DNA of 64,000 nt, taken from NCBI GenBank assembly GCA_965249925.1, contig OZ252260.1, forward strand, positions 1,852,449 through 1,916,448. Direction: 5' to 3'. The position numbers and the translations under genes are program-made. Under the pieces are notes generated by a model. That model worked only from the letters and a program-made list of their open reading frames with translations, was not told the origin of the DNA and did not search any database. This document shows, in pieces, positions 49,168-58,474 of the stretch (the stretch's first letter is position 1; each line of letters starts with the position of its first letter). This DNA comes from Hoeflea sp. (GTDB lineage: Bacteria; Pseudomonadota; Alphaproteobacteria; Rhizobiales; Rhizobiaceae).

Positions 49168-49740
49168 ATGGGCTCTTACAAACGATCAATCCGTCGAGCC
49201 GTACTGGCAATGACCACGATGGCCTTTCTACCCATGACATCCGTTGTTTCACAGGGAGGCGATTGCCATGATCAACTCACGTCAGGGATCGCTCCAGTTC
49301 ATCAATGGTATTTGACCAAAGCCCGTGAGTTTGAGCGTCACGCGGAACGCCTTGTGCATCTGCAAACCCAATCTCTTCTGCTGAGCTACGCCAATGAACA
49401 ATCATCCGACGGCACCCAAGGGGTCAACAGCCCGAGCGACACGCTGAAGCAGGCGATTTCGGATCAGGAGAGCCGCGTTCGATATACAGTCGAAGCGATG
49501 GCGCGCAACACATCGGCACATGAGGATTGGCATCTCCTCGTTGGTGAATTGGTCGGGGCGTATGGCGCCATGAGCGAGACGTCACAAGAGGTTGCCGAAT
49601 TGATTGACGTGGGTCATATCGACGACGCGAATGCCGTTCATCGCGCCAGGTCGATGGACCTCTACAACCAGATCGCGCGTACCACCGGCACTCTCGCGGC
49701 CAACATCGAAGACGTCATGTTTCGACGTGTTATCCCGTAG
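49168..49740 (+). CDS. Hypothetical exported all-helical protein (four-helix-bundle-like)
   Basis: GGAG RBS before ATG 49168; basic/hydrophobic N-terminus; amphipathic helices; divergent from the CadC-like gene. Confidence 0.55.
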   Translation: MGSYKRSIRRAVLAMTTMAFLPMTSVVSQGGDCHDQLTSGIAPVHQWYLTKAREFERHAERLVHLQTQSLLLSYANEQSSDGTQGVNSPSDTLKQAISDQESRVRYTVEAMARNTSAHEDWHLLVGELVGAYGAMSETSQEVAELIDVGHIDDANAVHRARSMDLYNQIARTTGTLAANIEDVMFRRVIP

Positions 49741-49799
49741 GACATTGTGGGCATTGTGAATGTCTCTCGTGAACGCTTTGAGGCGGCTTCTTCAGGCGC

Positions 49800-49875
49800 C
49801 TCAAGTCGCGAACGGATGATAGCCTTGCTACAATGACAAAAGGCTTCTTCCACGCGGACCAACAAACCCATGAGC
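49800..49875 (-). pseudogene. Fragment of a pyridoxamine 5'-phosphate oxidase-like (MSMEG_1061-type) gene
   Basis: LLVRVEEAFCHCSKAIIRSRL resembles the family motif VEEAFFHCxKxxIRSxLW; no surrounding gene. Confidence 0.55.
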
Positions 49876-49939
49876 CATTCAGCGAGGACTCAAGTCGTAG
49901 CGTTTGACTGTCGCAGGGTTTGTGAAATCGGAGGCAAAC

Positions 49940-50743
49940 ATGGATTGGGATGAAATGGCGCGCCCGTGGCTCGAAGCTGCGCCGGATTTAGAAGCTTCGT
50001 TTCGGGACATATTTGAATTGCTTTTTGCTGCGGCAAGGCTCGAGACCGGAGAAAATGTCCTTGATGTGGGGTGCGGTACCGGCCCCACGCTGTTGGTCGC
50101 GTCGGAGGCCGTCGGAGAGACGGGACGCGTGTTGGGCATTGACATTGCGCCGCCACTGATCGCGCGTGCAGCGGAGCGTGTACCGGACAATGTCGATTTG
50201 ATTGTTGGCGATGCAGGCTCTCATGCCTATGAGAGTGAAGCCTTCGACGTCATACTGGCGAACTTCGGGATCATGTTTTTTGAAGACAACGCCGCCGCGT
50301 TCCGGAACCTCCGAAACGCTGTGCGACCGGGTGGGCGTCTTGCCGCTACCGCCTGGGCAACACCCGATGTCAATCCGTGGTTCTCCATGCCGCGCCGGAT
50401 TATTGATGAGCGTATAGCAGACGTGCCAAGACCCGATCCGTTAGGACCGGGACCGATGCGCTTTGGCGATCCATCCATTCTGGAAGGCCATCTGGAGAAT
50501 TCGGGTTGGAAACCCGACATACGATCTGTTGATGTTCTTTTGCATCCGCCGGGCACCGCCGAAAGAGTGGCAGATCTACACATGAAGGTTACCGTTGGAA
50601 TGATGCTGAAAGGCGTCGACGTTGCCGACAGCGAACTTGAACGGATCAAGGAAACGGTCGCGGACGCCATCCGAGAGTTTGAAACCGACGGCTCTATTCG
50701 AGTCCCCGCTAAAATTCATATCGTTTCAGCTGTGGCGTGCTAG
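49940..50743 (+). CDS. Class I SAM-dependent methyltransferase
   Basis: VLDVGCGTG, VLGIDIA, GDA, FDVILANFGIMFF; GGAGG RBS. Confidence 0.92.
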   Translation: MDWDEMARPWLEAAPDLEASFRDIFELLFAAARLETGENVLDVGCGTGPTLLVASEAVGETGRVLGIDIAPPLIARAAERVPDNVDLIVGDAGSHAYESEAFDVILANFGIMFFEDNAAAFRNLRNAVRPGGRLAATAWATPDVNPWFSMPRRIIDERIADVPRPDPLGPGPMRFGDPSILEGHLENSGWKPDIRSVDVLLHPPGTAERVADLHMKVTVGMMLKGVDVADSELERIKETVADAIREFETDGSIRVPAKIHIVSAVAC

Positions 50744-51003
50744 CGTTGCCAGGCGGCCAGTTGGTTTCGGCTGCCAATGGCACGATCAGCCCAGGCACGC
50801 CGTCGAGCGATGTGACGGTTGAGCTCGAGCCACTTGGGCCGCTTGACCTACGGGATGAGCAGGGAGTTCGGTGTGGTGATCTACGGCTGCGGTCGGACTT
50901 TTAAAGCCGACATTGGCCTGGCTCGCATATCCCGTCACTCTGGGCTCGAGGACGTAGCCGCTCGCGCGGCACACGTATATCTGCTCTCCTGAACCAGTTC
51001 GCG

Positions 51004-51909
51004 CTACATCTCCTGCGCGTACTCAACCAGATAGTCGATCAACAGCCGAACAGCCGGAATGCTGGATCGCCGCGGCGGAAACACTGCGAAGATCTCAATA
51101 TTGCCCATTCTCATTTGCGGAAGCACCTGGACCACGCCGCCCCGACGAACTTGCTCGTCACCGAATAGCGCCGGCAACATCGTTAGGCCCGCACCCGATG
51201 CAATCATGCCAAGCGCGACGGTGGGGTCTCCCACAGAAATCTGTGGCGGCGTATTGAAAACAAGCCGTTGCTTCCCATCCCCGGAAGACAAGTGCCAATC
51301 TTGCGGGGCTCCGGGCACGTCGATGCAAATCCTCGGAAGCGAGACAATCCGCGACGGATCATCGATGGGGTTCGTTCGAGCGAATTCAGCGCCGCAATAC
51401 AGTTGCATCGGTGTGGAGGCGATCCGACGCGCAATAAGATAAGGTTCCTTAGGCCGGCCGAGACGCAGGACCATGTCCAAATCCTCTGCCAGTGGATCCG
51501 GTCCGGCACCGGTAACCTCGATGCGAGCCCTCACTTCTGGAAAATTCTTCGTTAGCCGCGCAACCACAGGGCCTAGCAGGTGTTGCCCACTGAGTGCACT
51601 CGCCGCCACGCGAAGCGTACCACGCGGCTCCTCTGTGACAGCTCGCAAGAGCTCATCGGCTTGACTTCCGGCTTCTGTCGCGCGCCGCGCCGCATCGAGA
51701 AGTGTTTCGCCAGCGGACGTCAGCCGGACACCCCTGCTCACCCGATCGAATAATGGTCCGCGAGCCCTCTTCTCAAGCCGTGTCAGTGCTCGGGAAAGTG
51801 TTGCTTTCGGTATCCCAAACTGGCGTTGTGCAGCGCTGACACCGCCAGCTTCGGCGATCAAGTAAAAGTTCCGAAGGTCATCCAGACCAATTGCCGATCT
51901 CATTGGCAT
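51004..51909 (-). CDS. LysR-family regulator (CrgA/DmlR-like)
   Basis: LDDLRNF..IAEAGGVSAA..GIPKATLSRALTRLE...LFDR..R.V.LTSAG. Confidence 0.92.
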   Translation of the reverse strand: MPMRSAIGLDDLRNFYLIAEAGGVSAAQRQFGIPKATLSRALTRLEKRARGPLFDRVSRGVRLTSAGETLLDAARRATEAGSQADELLRAVTEEPRGTLRVAASALSGQHLLGPVVARLTKNFPEVRARIEVTGAGPDPLAEDLDMVLRLGRPKEPYLIARRIASTPMQLYCGAEFARTNPIDDPSRIVSLPRICIDVPGAPQDWHLSSGDGKQRLVFNTPPQISVGDPTVALGMIASGAGLTMLPALFGDEQVRRGGVVQVLPQMRMGNIEIFAVFPPRRSSIPAVRLLIDYLVEYAQEM

Positions 51910-51990
51910 GAGAACCTCCTTTGGAGCTTAAGCTTTCCAAGACGCGTGTCACATTGGCGTTGTCGCAGATTCACACGCAGCATATCGACC

Positions 51991-52006
51991 GTTCCTAATA
52001 TGAAAC
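51991..52006. promoter_or_regulatory. Putative LysR recognition site
   Basis: GTTCC-TAATAT-GAAAC dyad containing T-N11-A, between the divergent lysR and RND adaptor genes. Confidence 0.5.
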
Positions 52007-52080
52007 AACTGATTTCAAAAGCGATGCTTTTTGAAACCCATCAGGGGCCTCATATGTCCGACACATAAGGAGGCGAGGCT

Positions 52081-53604
52081 ATGGGACTCTACGACTACGC
52101 AATTATTGCCGGACTCGTTCTTTTTTCATCACTTTGCTTTCGAAGCGGGTTCGTCTCGACCGCGATGTTCGCGGTCGGCTTGCTCGCCATCGTCGCTGTT
52201 GCCTTGTCGGTTGGTACGACCCAGATGCTTTTGACGCTGTTGGCGGCCTGGTGTCTGGTCGCAATGCTGGTGCTCGTCTTTCATCGCCGATGGGGGTGGT
52301 ACGCTCGAACCGGGTCGGCAAGAGCAGCGGCTATCCTGTTTGGTATCGGACAGTTCGCCGTGGTGGCTGTTCTTGCGACCGGTGGGCTTGCCATGTACAT
52401 GCCGGAGCGTTTCGAGGCGCTACGAAAGTCTTCGACATATTCCTTTGTCGTGGAACTCGTCTCACGGGCAGCCGCTGCCGACAATCCGGCAATTGCGATC
52501 CCCGCGGTCATGCTAAACTTTCCCGAACCCGTTGAGCCGGAGCCGAAGTCTGGGCTGGTGAATGTCGACCCAACGGTCCGGCCAATTGAATGGGCGGAAG
52601 TAACGGTGTTTGACAACCGGGTCACCCGCATACTGACCGGCACTACGGTGGCCGCCGACCGAGCGCCGATTTCGTTCGAAGCGGGTGGTACCTTGCTTCA
52701 TGTACATGCCGAATTGGGCCAGGCTTTCTCGGCGGGTGATGTTCTTGCCGAATTAGACCCGACACCCCTTGAAATCGCACTGGATGAACGCCGTGCTGCG
52801 CTGATCGAGGCAGAAGCCATGGTGCACGAAGCGAACCTTACGCTGAAACGTCAACGACAACTGATCAAACGCGGCGTTGTATCTCAAGCCGGTTTGGACC
52901 GAGCAGAGGCTTCAGCCAGTTCTGCGCAGAGCCGTTTGGCAATAACCAAGGCCAGCATCCGCTCCGCCGAGGATAGGCTGGCCGACACCGTGCTTTATGC
53001 GCCATTCGACGGGATTATCTCCAATCGCATGATAGAGCCCGCTCAGTCGGTGCAGGCCGGTGTGCCGGTTTTTGAGATCCAAGGCGCCAGTGCAGGTTTT
53101 CAAATCGAGATCATCGTACCCGAGACGTTGATCGGGCGTATCCAGGCAGGCGCCGAGTATCGCGCGATTGTGCTGGATGGCGATGACAGTCCAATCGTGG
53201 CGCAGGTGCATGAAATCGGTAGCCGCGCGAATGCGACAACTGGGTTCCCGGTGACGCTTAATATTGTGACAAACAGCGCACCAATTCGCGCCGGTGTAAC
53301 GGTCGAGGTCTACCTTTCACTTCCACTGTCCAACGACAGCGAGGGCCGCGTCGGGTTGGCGGCCATTCCCTATACCGCCGTCCTTCCCGGCAACGGCGCG
53401 GACCATGTGAGTTTTGTCTACGACACCGAAGCAGGAACGTTGGAACGCAGGGCCATTACCGTTGCCGCCCGGGAAGGCGAGACTGCTCTGATCTCTGAAG
53501 GCTTGGAACCCGGTGAAATCGTCGCGACACGCGGTTTGCTCTTCCTGCAAGACGGTCAGCCCGTGGCGCTCCGCGGTGTTGGCATCGCCCGCTACGACAA
53601 TTGA
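52081..53604 (+). CDS. RND periplasmic adaptor (MFP) with a multi-TM N-terminal extension
   Basis: ISFEAGG.L..V..G, LAELD, LYAPFDGIIS, VRAG/GLEPGE.VATRG; about 105 hydrophobic N-terminal residues. Confidence 0.88.
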   Translation: MGLYDYAIIAGLVLFSSLCFRSGFVSTAMFAVGLLAIVAVALSVGTTQMLLTLLAAWCLVAMLVLVFHRRWGWYARTGSARAAAILFGIGQFAVVAVLATGGLAMYMPERFEALRKSSTYSFVVELVSRAAAADNPAIAIPAVMLNFPEPVEPEPKSGLVNVDPTVRPIEWAEVTVFDNRVTRILTGTTVAADRAPISFEAGGTLLHVHAELGQAFSAGDVLAELDPTPLEIALDERRAALIEAEAMVHEANLTLKRQRQLIKRGVVSQAGLDRAEASASSAQSRLAITKASIRSAEDRLADTVLYAPFDGIISNRMIEPAQSVQAGVPVFEIQGASAGFQIEIIVPETLIGRIQAGAEYRAIVLDGDDSPIVAQVHEIGSRANATTGFPVTLNIVTNSAPIRAGVTVEVYLSLPLSNDSEGRVGLAAIPYTAVLPGNGADHVSFVYDTEAGTLERRAITVAAREGETALISEGLEPGEIVATRGLLFLQDGQPVALRGVGIARYDN

Positions 53605-53615
53605 GGGAACAGACC

Positions 53616-56600
53616 ATGCTGACGCAGCTTGCCTACCGAAACCAACGCATTGTGTATGCCATCGTCGCGATCCTGATGGCCTTCGGGGCCTGGAGCTATT
53701 TCAACCTACCCGCTCAGGAAGACCCGGCAATCACGATCCGGCAAGCGGTGGTGCAAACCTTCTATCCCGGACTCAGCCCCGAGCGCGTGGAAGAACTCGT
53801 CACCCGCCCCTTGGAACGCGCGATCCGACGTTTGCCGGAAGTGGAAGAAATTCGCTCCTCCTCCGTCTCTGGCCTCTCGATTATCCATGTCGAAGTGTAT
53901 GATCGTTTCTTCGAGCTTGACCAGATCTGGGACGATCTCCGCGCGGAAATCCAGGTGGCAGCGGCCGCATTGCCGGAAGGCACCCGCCCCCCGCAAGTCT
54001 TGACGGACACCGGGGATGTGGCCGTTGTCACCGCTGCTTTACGTTCGCCCGATCACACCATCGCCGAGCTCGGCGACATGGCGACCTACGTCCGAGATCA
54101 GCTCTACGCTGTGGACGGGGTCAAGGCGATCGACATTGTTGGGACCCAGGCCGAACAGATCTACATCGAGACCCGAAACGCGGTTCTGGCACAGATGGGT
54201 ATCAGTTCAGAGGTCATTGCCGACACGCTTGCTGCGCAAAACATCATTCGCCCCGGAGGGCAAATCGACCTAGGGGAGCGCGCCATACTGATCGAGCCCA
54301 CGGGCGATTTCCGCAGCATCGAGGCGATTCGAAACACGCTGATCGAAATCCCAGGCACCCGGGAGACAATCGCCCTGCGAGACGTGGCCGAGATACGGCG
54401 CGATCTGGTGGATCCTGCGCCTCAGGCGGTGTTTTACCAGGGTGACCCGGCAGTGATGTTCGCTATCGCCATGCAGGAGGGACGCAACGTCCTTGAATTT
54501 GGCCCGGCCATGGCGGACGCATTGGAGGACCTCGAGCAGACATTGCCCGTGGGCTTCACCATCGACATCGCGACCTTCCAGGCCGATCAGGTAGAACAGG
54601 CAGTCTTCGGCGTGTCCTTCAACGTCCTGCAGACGCTCGTCCTGGTTCTGGCCATTGTGATCCTGCTGCTGGGTCTACGGACGGGCCTCATCGTCGGTGC
54701 CATAATCCCTGTGATTACGCTCGCAACACTCGCGATCATGGGTGTGTTTGGCATGCCGTTGGAAAGGATGAGCCTTGCGACGCTGGTGATCGCGCTCGGC
54801 ATCCTGGTCGATAACGGCATCGTCGTGGCCGAAGACTTCAAGCGCCGTATCGGTGAAGGCGAAAGCCGCGACGAAGCGCTAAGAAATGTAGGCTCGACGC
54901 TCGCTCTGCCGCTCTTCGTGTCAACTTCAGTAACGATCCTGGTGTTTCTACCACTGATGCTGGCCGAACACGTTGCGGGAGAGTACACGCGCTCCATCAG
55001 TCTGGTCATTGCGATTACGCTGTCGGTGTCGTGGCTTATCGCGATGATGGTCACTCCACTTCTCAGCCACAAGTTTGCAACGTCGCCCGACCCCAAAGCC
55101 AAGCGCCCGCTTTACGAGCGTGCTTTCGATCCACTGATCGCGGGCTACGACATCACAATAAGATGGGCCTTGCGCAACCGCATACTCTTTCTGGGCGGCA
55201 TGATTGTGGCACTTATCGCTTCAGCCGCAGCCATTGCCACAGCACCGAGCCGGTTTTTCCCAGGCTCAGACCGGGCACAGATCATCACCTATCTCGACCT
55301 ACCTGCCGATGTGACCACAAACGCCACCCGGAACGAGGTCGAGGCAATGCTGCTCACGCTTACACCTGAGCGGTTTGATTGGCTGGTCGATCATGTCGCC
55401 TATGTTGGCTTCGGTGGCCCGCGTTTCGTGCTGTCGCTCACGCCAGTTGATCCCGCACCAAACCGCGCCGTTTTGGTGATGAATGTCGACAGCCCTGATA
55501 GCATGGACCGCGCAGTGACCGAGTTGCGCGACCATCTCGACACGGAATTCGGTCATATCTCCAGCCGGGTAACGACCATGTTCCTCGGACCGTCGGATTC
55601 GTCGGTTCTGGAGGTCCAGATCATCGGGCCCGACCGCGACTTTATCTACGCAACCGCCCGGAAGGTAGAGGCGATCATCGCCGAAAACGTGCCCGGAGCC
55701 CGAGACATTCGTCAGAATTGGGAGAATCGAATCGCGCGACTGGTGGTGGAGGTGGATCAGGCCAGGGCGCGGCGGTCCGGTGTCACATCCGCCGATATCG
55801 CGCGCACCATGTCTGCGTACTTCAACGGGCGCGCCGTATCGGAATACCGCGAAGGCGATGACGTTATTCCCATCGTTGCCCGCGCGGTCGATACCGAACG
55901 CACGGATCTCAATCACATCCGTACATTGTCGATCTTCGGCGCGAACGGCGCTGTGGTGCCGCTGGCGCAGGTCGCAGACGTGGATTTCGTAAACGGTTTC
56001 AGCCGCATCGAGCGCGAAAATCTCGCCCGGACCGTGACCATTGAGGCGCGCTCGGACCAGATTGGGGCCGAAGATATGGTGCCGCTGTTGGAAGGTCGAC
56101 TGGCCAAGCTTAATGCCGCCATGCCGCCCGGCCATTCGATCGAATTCGACGGGATAATCACCCAATCTGCGGAGGGGCGCGCAGCGCTTTTGGCGAACAT
56201 GCCGCTGAGTTTTGGGGTGATCCTGCTGCTTTTGGTGATGCAGTTCAATTCCTTCCGTCGCCCGGCAATCCTGATCATGACCATCCCGCTCATCCTGGTA
56301 GGAGTGGCGATTGGGTTGCGCGGGTTTGGGGCCGATTTCGGCTTCATGCCGATCCTTGGAATGCTGTCACTTGCAGGTATCGTGATGTGCAATGCGATCG
56401 TGCTTATCGATCGGATCGAAATCGAAAGAGCGAATGGCTACACGGGGCTTGAGCCCATCGTCCGGGCGGGCAAGCGCCGATTGCGGCCCATCCTGATGAC
56501 AACCGTCACCACAGTTCTAGGGCTGATGCCCCTGATCCTGTCTGTCGATCCGCTCTTTTTCGGGATGGCGACAGTTATGGCGGCTGGCTTGACGATGGGA

Positions 56601-56720
56601 GCAATCCTGACACTCGGTTTCGTTCCGGTCGTCTACTCGCTCTTCTTTGCAAAGGAACTGCAACGGGCTGTTCCAAACACACAGGCGTCGACCCGAGACG
56701 CTATCGTCCCGGCCGAATGA
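53616..56720 (+). CDS. RND efflux permease (AcrB/AcrD/AcrF family)
   Basis: LPAQEDP, LGILVDNGIVV, RLRPILMTT, 12-TM architecture. Confidence 0.95.
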   Translation: MLTQLAYRNQRIVYAIVAILMAFGAWSYFNLPAQEDPAITIRQAVVQTFYPGLSPERVEELVTRPLERAIRRLPEVEEIRSSSVSGLSIIHVEVYDRFFELDQIWDDLRAEIQVAAAALPEGTRPPQVLTDTGDVAVVTAALRSPDHTIAELGDMATYVRDQLYAVDGVKAIDIVGTQAEQIYIETRNAVLAQMGISSEVIADTLAAQNIIRPGGQIDLGERAILIEPTGDFRSIEAIRNTLIEIPGTRETIALRDVAEIRRDLVDPAPQAVFYQGDPAVMFAIAMQEGRNVLEFGPAMADALEDLEQTLPVGFTIDIATFQADQVEQAVFGVSFNVLQTLVLVLAIVILLLGLRTGLIVGAIIPVITLATLAIMGVFGMPLERMSLATLVIALGILVDNGIVVAEDFKRRIGEGESRDEALRNVGSTLALPLFVSTSVTILVFLPLMLAEHVAGEYTRSISLVIAITLSVSWLIAMMVTPLLSHKFATSPDPKAKRPLYERAFDPLIAGYDITIRWALRNRILFLGGMIVALIASAAAIATAPSRFFPGSDRAQIITYLDLPADVTTNATRNEVEAMLLTLTPERFDWLVDHVAYVGFGGPRFVLSLTPVDPAPNRAVLVMNVDSPDSMDRAVTELRDHLDTEFGHISSRVTTMFLGPSDSSVLEVQIIGPDRDFIYATARKVEAIIAENVPGARDIRQNWENRIARLVVEVDQARARRSGVTSADIARTMSAYFNGRAVSEYREGDDVIPIVARAVDTERTDLNHIRTLSIFGANGAVVPLAQVADVDFVNGFSRIERENLARTVTIEARSDQIGAEDMVPLLEGRLAKLNAAMPPGHSIEFDGIITQSAEGRAALLANMPLSFGVILLLLVMQFNSFRRPAILIMTIPLILVGVAIGLRGFGADFGFMPILGMLSLAGIVMCNAIVLIDRIEIERANGYTGLEPIVRAGKRRLRPILMTTVTTVLGLMPLILSVDPLFFGMATVMAAGLTMGAILTLGFVPVVYSLFFAKELQRAVPNTQASTRDAIVPAE

Positions 56721-56846
56721 CTGTACGGAACAGGGAAGACGGATCGCCCCAGCCATCGATGGCCAAGCAAGCCAACAATGGGCTCAACATCAAAAGATTA
56801 GCTGTCAGACCTCAACAAACAACCAGCTCATAAAAGGAGATCAATC

Positions 56847-57482
56847 ATGAAAGAGATCGCTTGGGACATGAATGGCCAGACTATTGTTCGAAAGGTCAAC
56901 GCAGTGCCGCATCAGGACACGCTGCCTGAGCCCTCACTGCAGAAGGTTATGCAGGGTGAGCGGATGCGCTTTGACGCGCATGTCAACGTCGAGACGATGC
57001 CCCAGGGTATGCATCTGAAGAAGGTCACGATCTTCTCCAACGTCCCCAATGGTGGCACTTGGGAGTTGATCTCAGATGAGGGGACTGCAGTGGGAGGGCG
57101 CGGCACGGCCCCGTCTCCGCTGATGTATTTCGCGGCCGGCCTAGGGCTGTGCATGATGAGCCATGTGGAGATGCTCGGTAAATCCCAGGATTTTGAGATC
57201 ACTTCGGCGCGGTTGGAACAACGCAGCACCTGGACTACGACCATGGATCTGGGCGGTGTCGACCCGACAGACAGCTATGGCAAGGGCGAACACATGCAGC
57301 TCAATCTAATCATCGAGAGCCCCGAGACACCGGAAAGACTGGCCGAGTTTGTCGCCTATTGCCGCCAGGCTTGCATGGCGTTGCAAACCGTCGCCGCGGC
57401 GACCCCGGTGGCCACAGGGCTTTACGTGAATGGTCACCAGATCGGTGAAGTGGGTGGCACCGGTCCGTATCGGCACGCCTAA
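56847..57482 (+). CDS. OsmC/Ohr-like protein
   Basis: SDEG..VGG.G.APSPLMYF.AGLGLC and a second Cys in CRQAC. Confidence 0.8.
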   Translation: MKEIAWDMNGQTIVRKVNAVPHQDTLPEPSLQKVMQGERMRFDAHVNVETMPQGMHLKKVTIFSNVPNGGTWELISDEGTAVGGRGTAPSPLMYFAAGLGLCMMSHVEMLGKSQDFEITSARLEQRSTWTTTMDLGGVDPTDSYGKGEHMQLNLIIESPETPERLAEFVAYCRQACMALQTVAAATPVATGLYVNGHQIGEVGGTGPYRHA

Positions 57483-57533
57483 TCTGGCCGATCCTGATGC
57501 GTTCGGAGATGTCTCTCCACCTCGCGGACGCCA

Positions 57534-57569
57534 TGGCCGGAGCGGGTGGAGGATGGACCGCTCCGGTCA
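57534..57569. other. GC-rich hairpin (12-bp stem)
   Basis: TGGCCGGAGCGG-GTGGAGGATGGA-CCGCTCCGGTCA (one G-U pair); no U-tract. Confidence 0.4.
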
Positions 57570-57607
57570 CCCCTTCCATTGAGCACAAACAAGGAGACCG
57601 AAAATCG

Positions 57608-57706
57608 ATGTCGACGATCCCGATTCTAGCTGCCCTGCAGGGCGGTGGATCTCACTGGGCGTTGGCCTGGCGGGTCGACCGTAGTGCAATTGTTTTCCTG
57701 TTTTAG
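57608..57706 (+). pseudogene. 5' stub of a patatin-like phospholipase gene
   Basis: AAGGAG RBS, then MSTIPILAALQGGGSHWALAWRVDR, resembling the patatin motif LALQGGGAHGAFTWGVLDRL. Confidence 0.55.
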
Positions 57707-57720
57707 CCGTGAACTCGGAT

Positions 57721-58473
57721 TCAGTATGTCGCACGGCCACCGGAAAGATCGAATACTGCCCCGGTTGTGAAGGAATTCTCGCGCGAGGCCAGCCAACAGA
57801 TCATGGCCGCTGCCTCATCCACCTCAAGGAACCGGCCGCGCGGAATTTTGGACAGCATATAGTCGATATGCTCCTGGCTCATCTGGTCGAAGATGCGCGT
57901 GCGGGCTGCTGCCGGGGTTACGCAATTGACCGCGATGTCACGCCCCGCCTCCTCCTTGCCGATGGACTTCGTCAGCCCCACGACCGCCGCCTTAGTGGCA
58001 CTGTAGGCAGGCGCATTGGAATTGCCTTCCTTGCCCGCAATCGAGGCGATGTTGACGATGCGACCGTAACCGCGGAAGCGCATTGTACCCAGAACGGCGC
58101 GATTGACGTAGAACGTTCCGTCAAGATTGATGCGGACGATTTCCCGCCACGCATCGATCGGATAGTCGGCGGTGGCGGCGTTGGGTCCGGCGATGCCAGC
58201 GGAGTGCACAAGGACCTCGACCGACTGGTTTTCATCCAGCGTTGTCTTCAGCGCCGCCTCGACCGCCTCATATTCCGAAATATCAACCTGGACCGGCAAA
58301 ACCGCATCTCCCAGTTCAGCAGCCGCGACGTCAAGCGCGGACCTGTCGGAATCCCAAATCGCCACCTTTGCACCATTGGCCAGCAGTCGCTCGACCACGG
58401 CGCGACCGATGCCCTGGGCGCCGCCCGTTACCACTGCGGTTTGCCCCTGGAAAGTGTCTGGACCAGCCGACAT
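57721..58473 (-). CDS. SDR oxidoreductase, probable 2-keto-3-deoxy-L-rhamnonate dehydrogenase type
   Basis: TGGAQGIG, YSATK, C-terminal GAVFDLSGGRATY; in a cluster with a rhamnonate-type dehydratase. Confidence 0.8.
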   Translation of the reverse strand: MSAGPDTFQGQTAVVTGGAQGIGRAVVERLLANGAKVAIWDSDRSALDVAAAELGDAVLPVQVDISEYEAVEAALKTTLDENQSVEVLVHSAGIAGPNAATADYPIDAWREIVRINLDGTFYVNRAVLGTMRFRGYGRIVNIASIAGKEGNSNAPAYSATKAAVVGLTKSIGKEEAGRDIAVNCVTPAAARTRIFDQMSQEHIDYMLSKIPRGRFLEVDEAAAMICWLASRENSFTTGAVFDLSGGRATY

Positions 58474-58474
58474 G

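Noticed and set aside
50745-50906. Possible adenylate cyclase C-terminal remnant (GQLVS...ELEPLGPLDLR)
   Set aside because: Similarity too weak and short to support without a profile search
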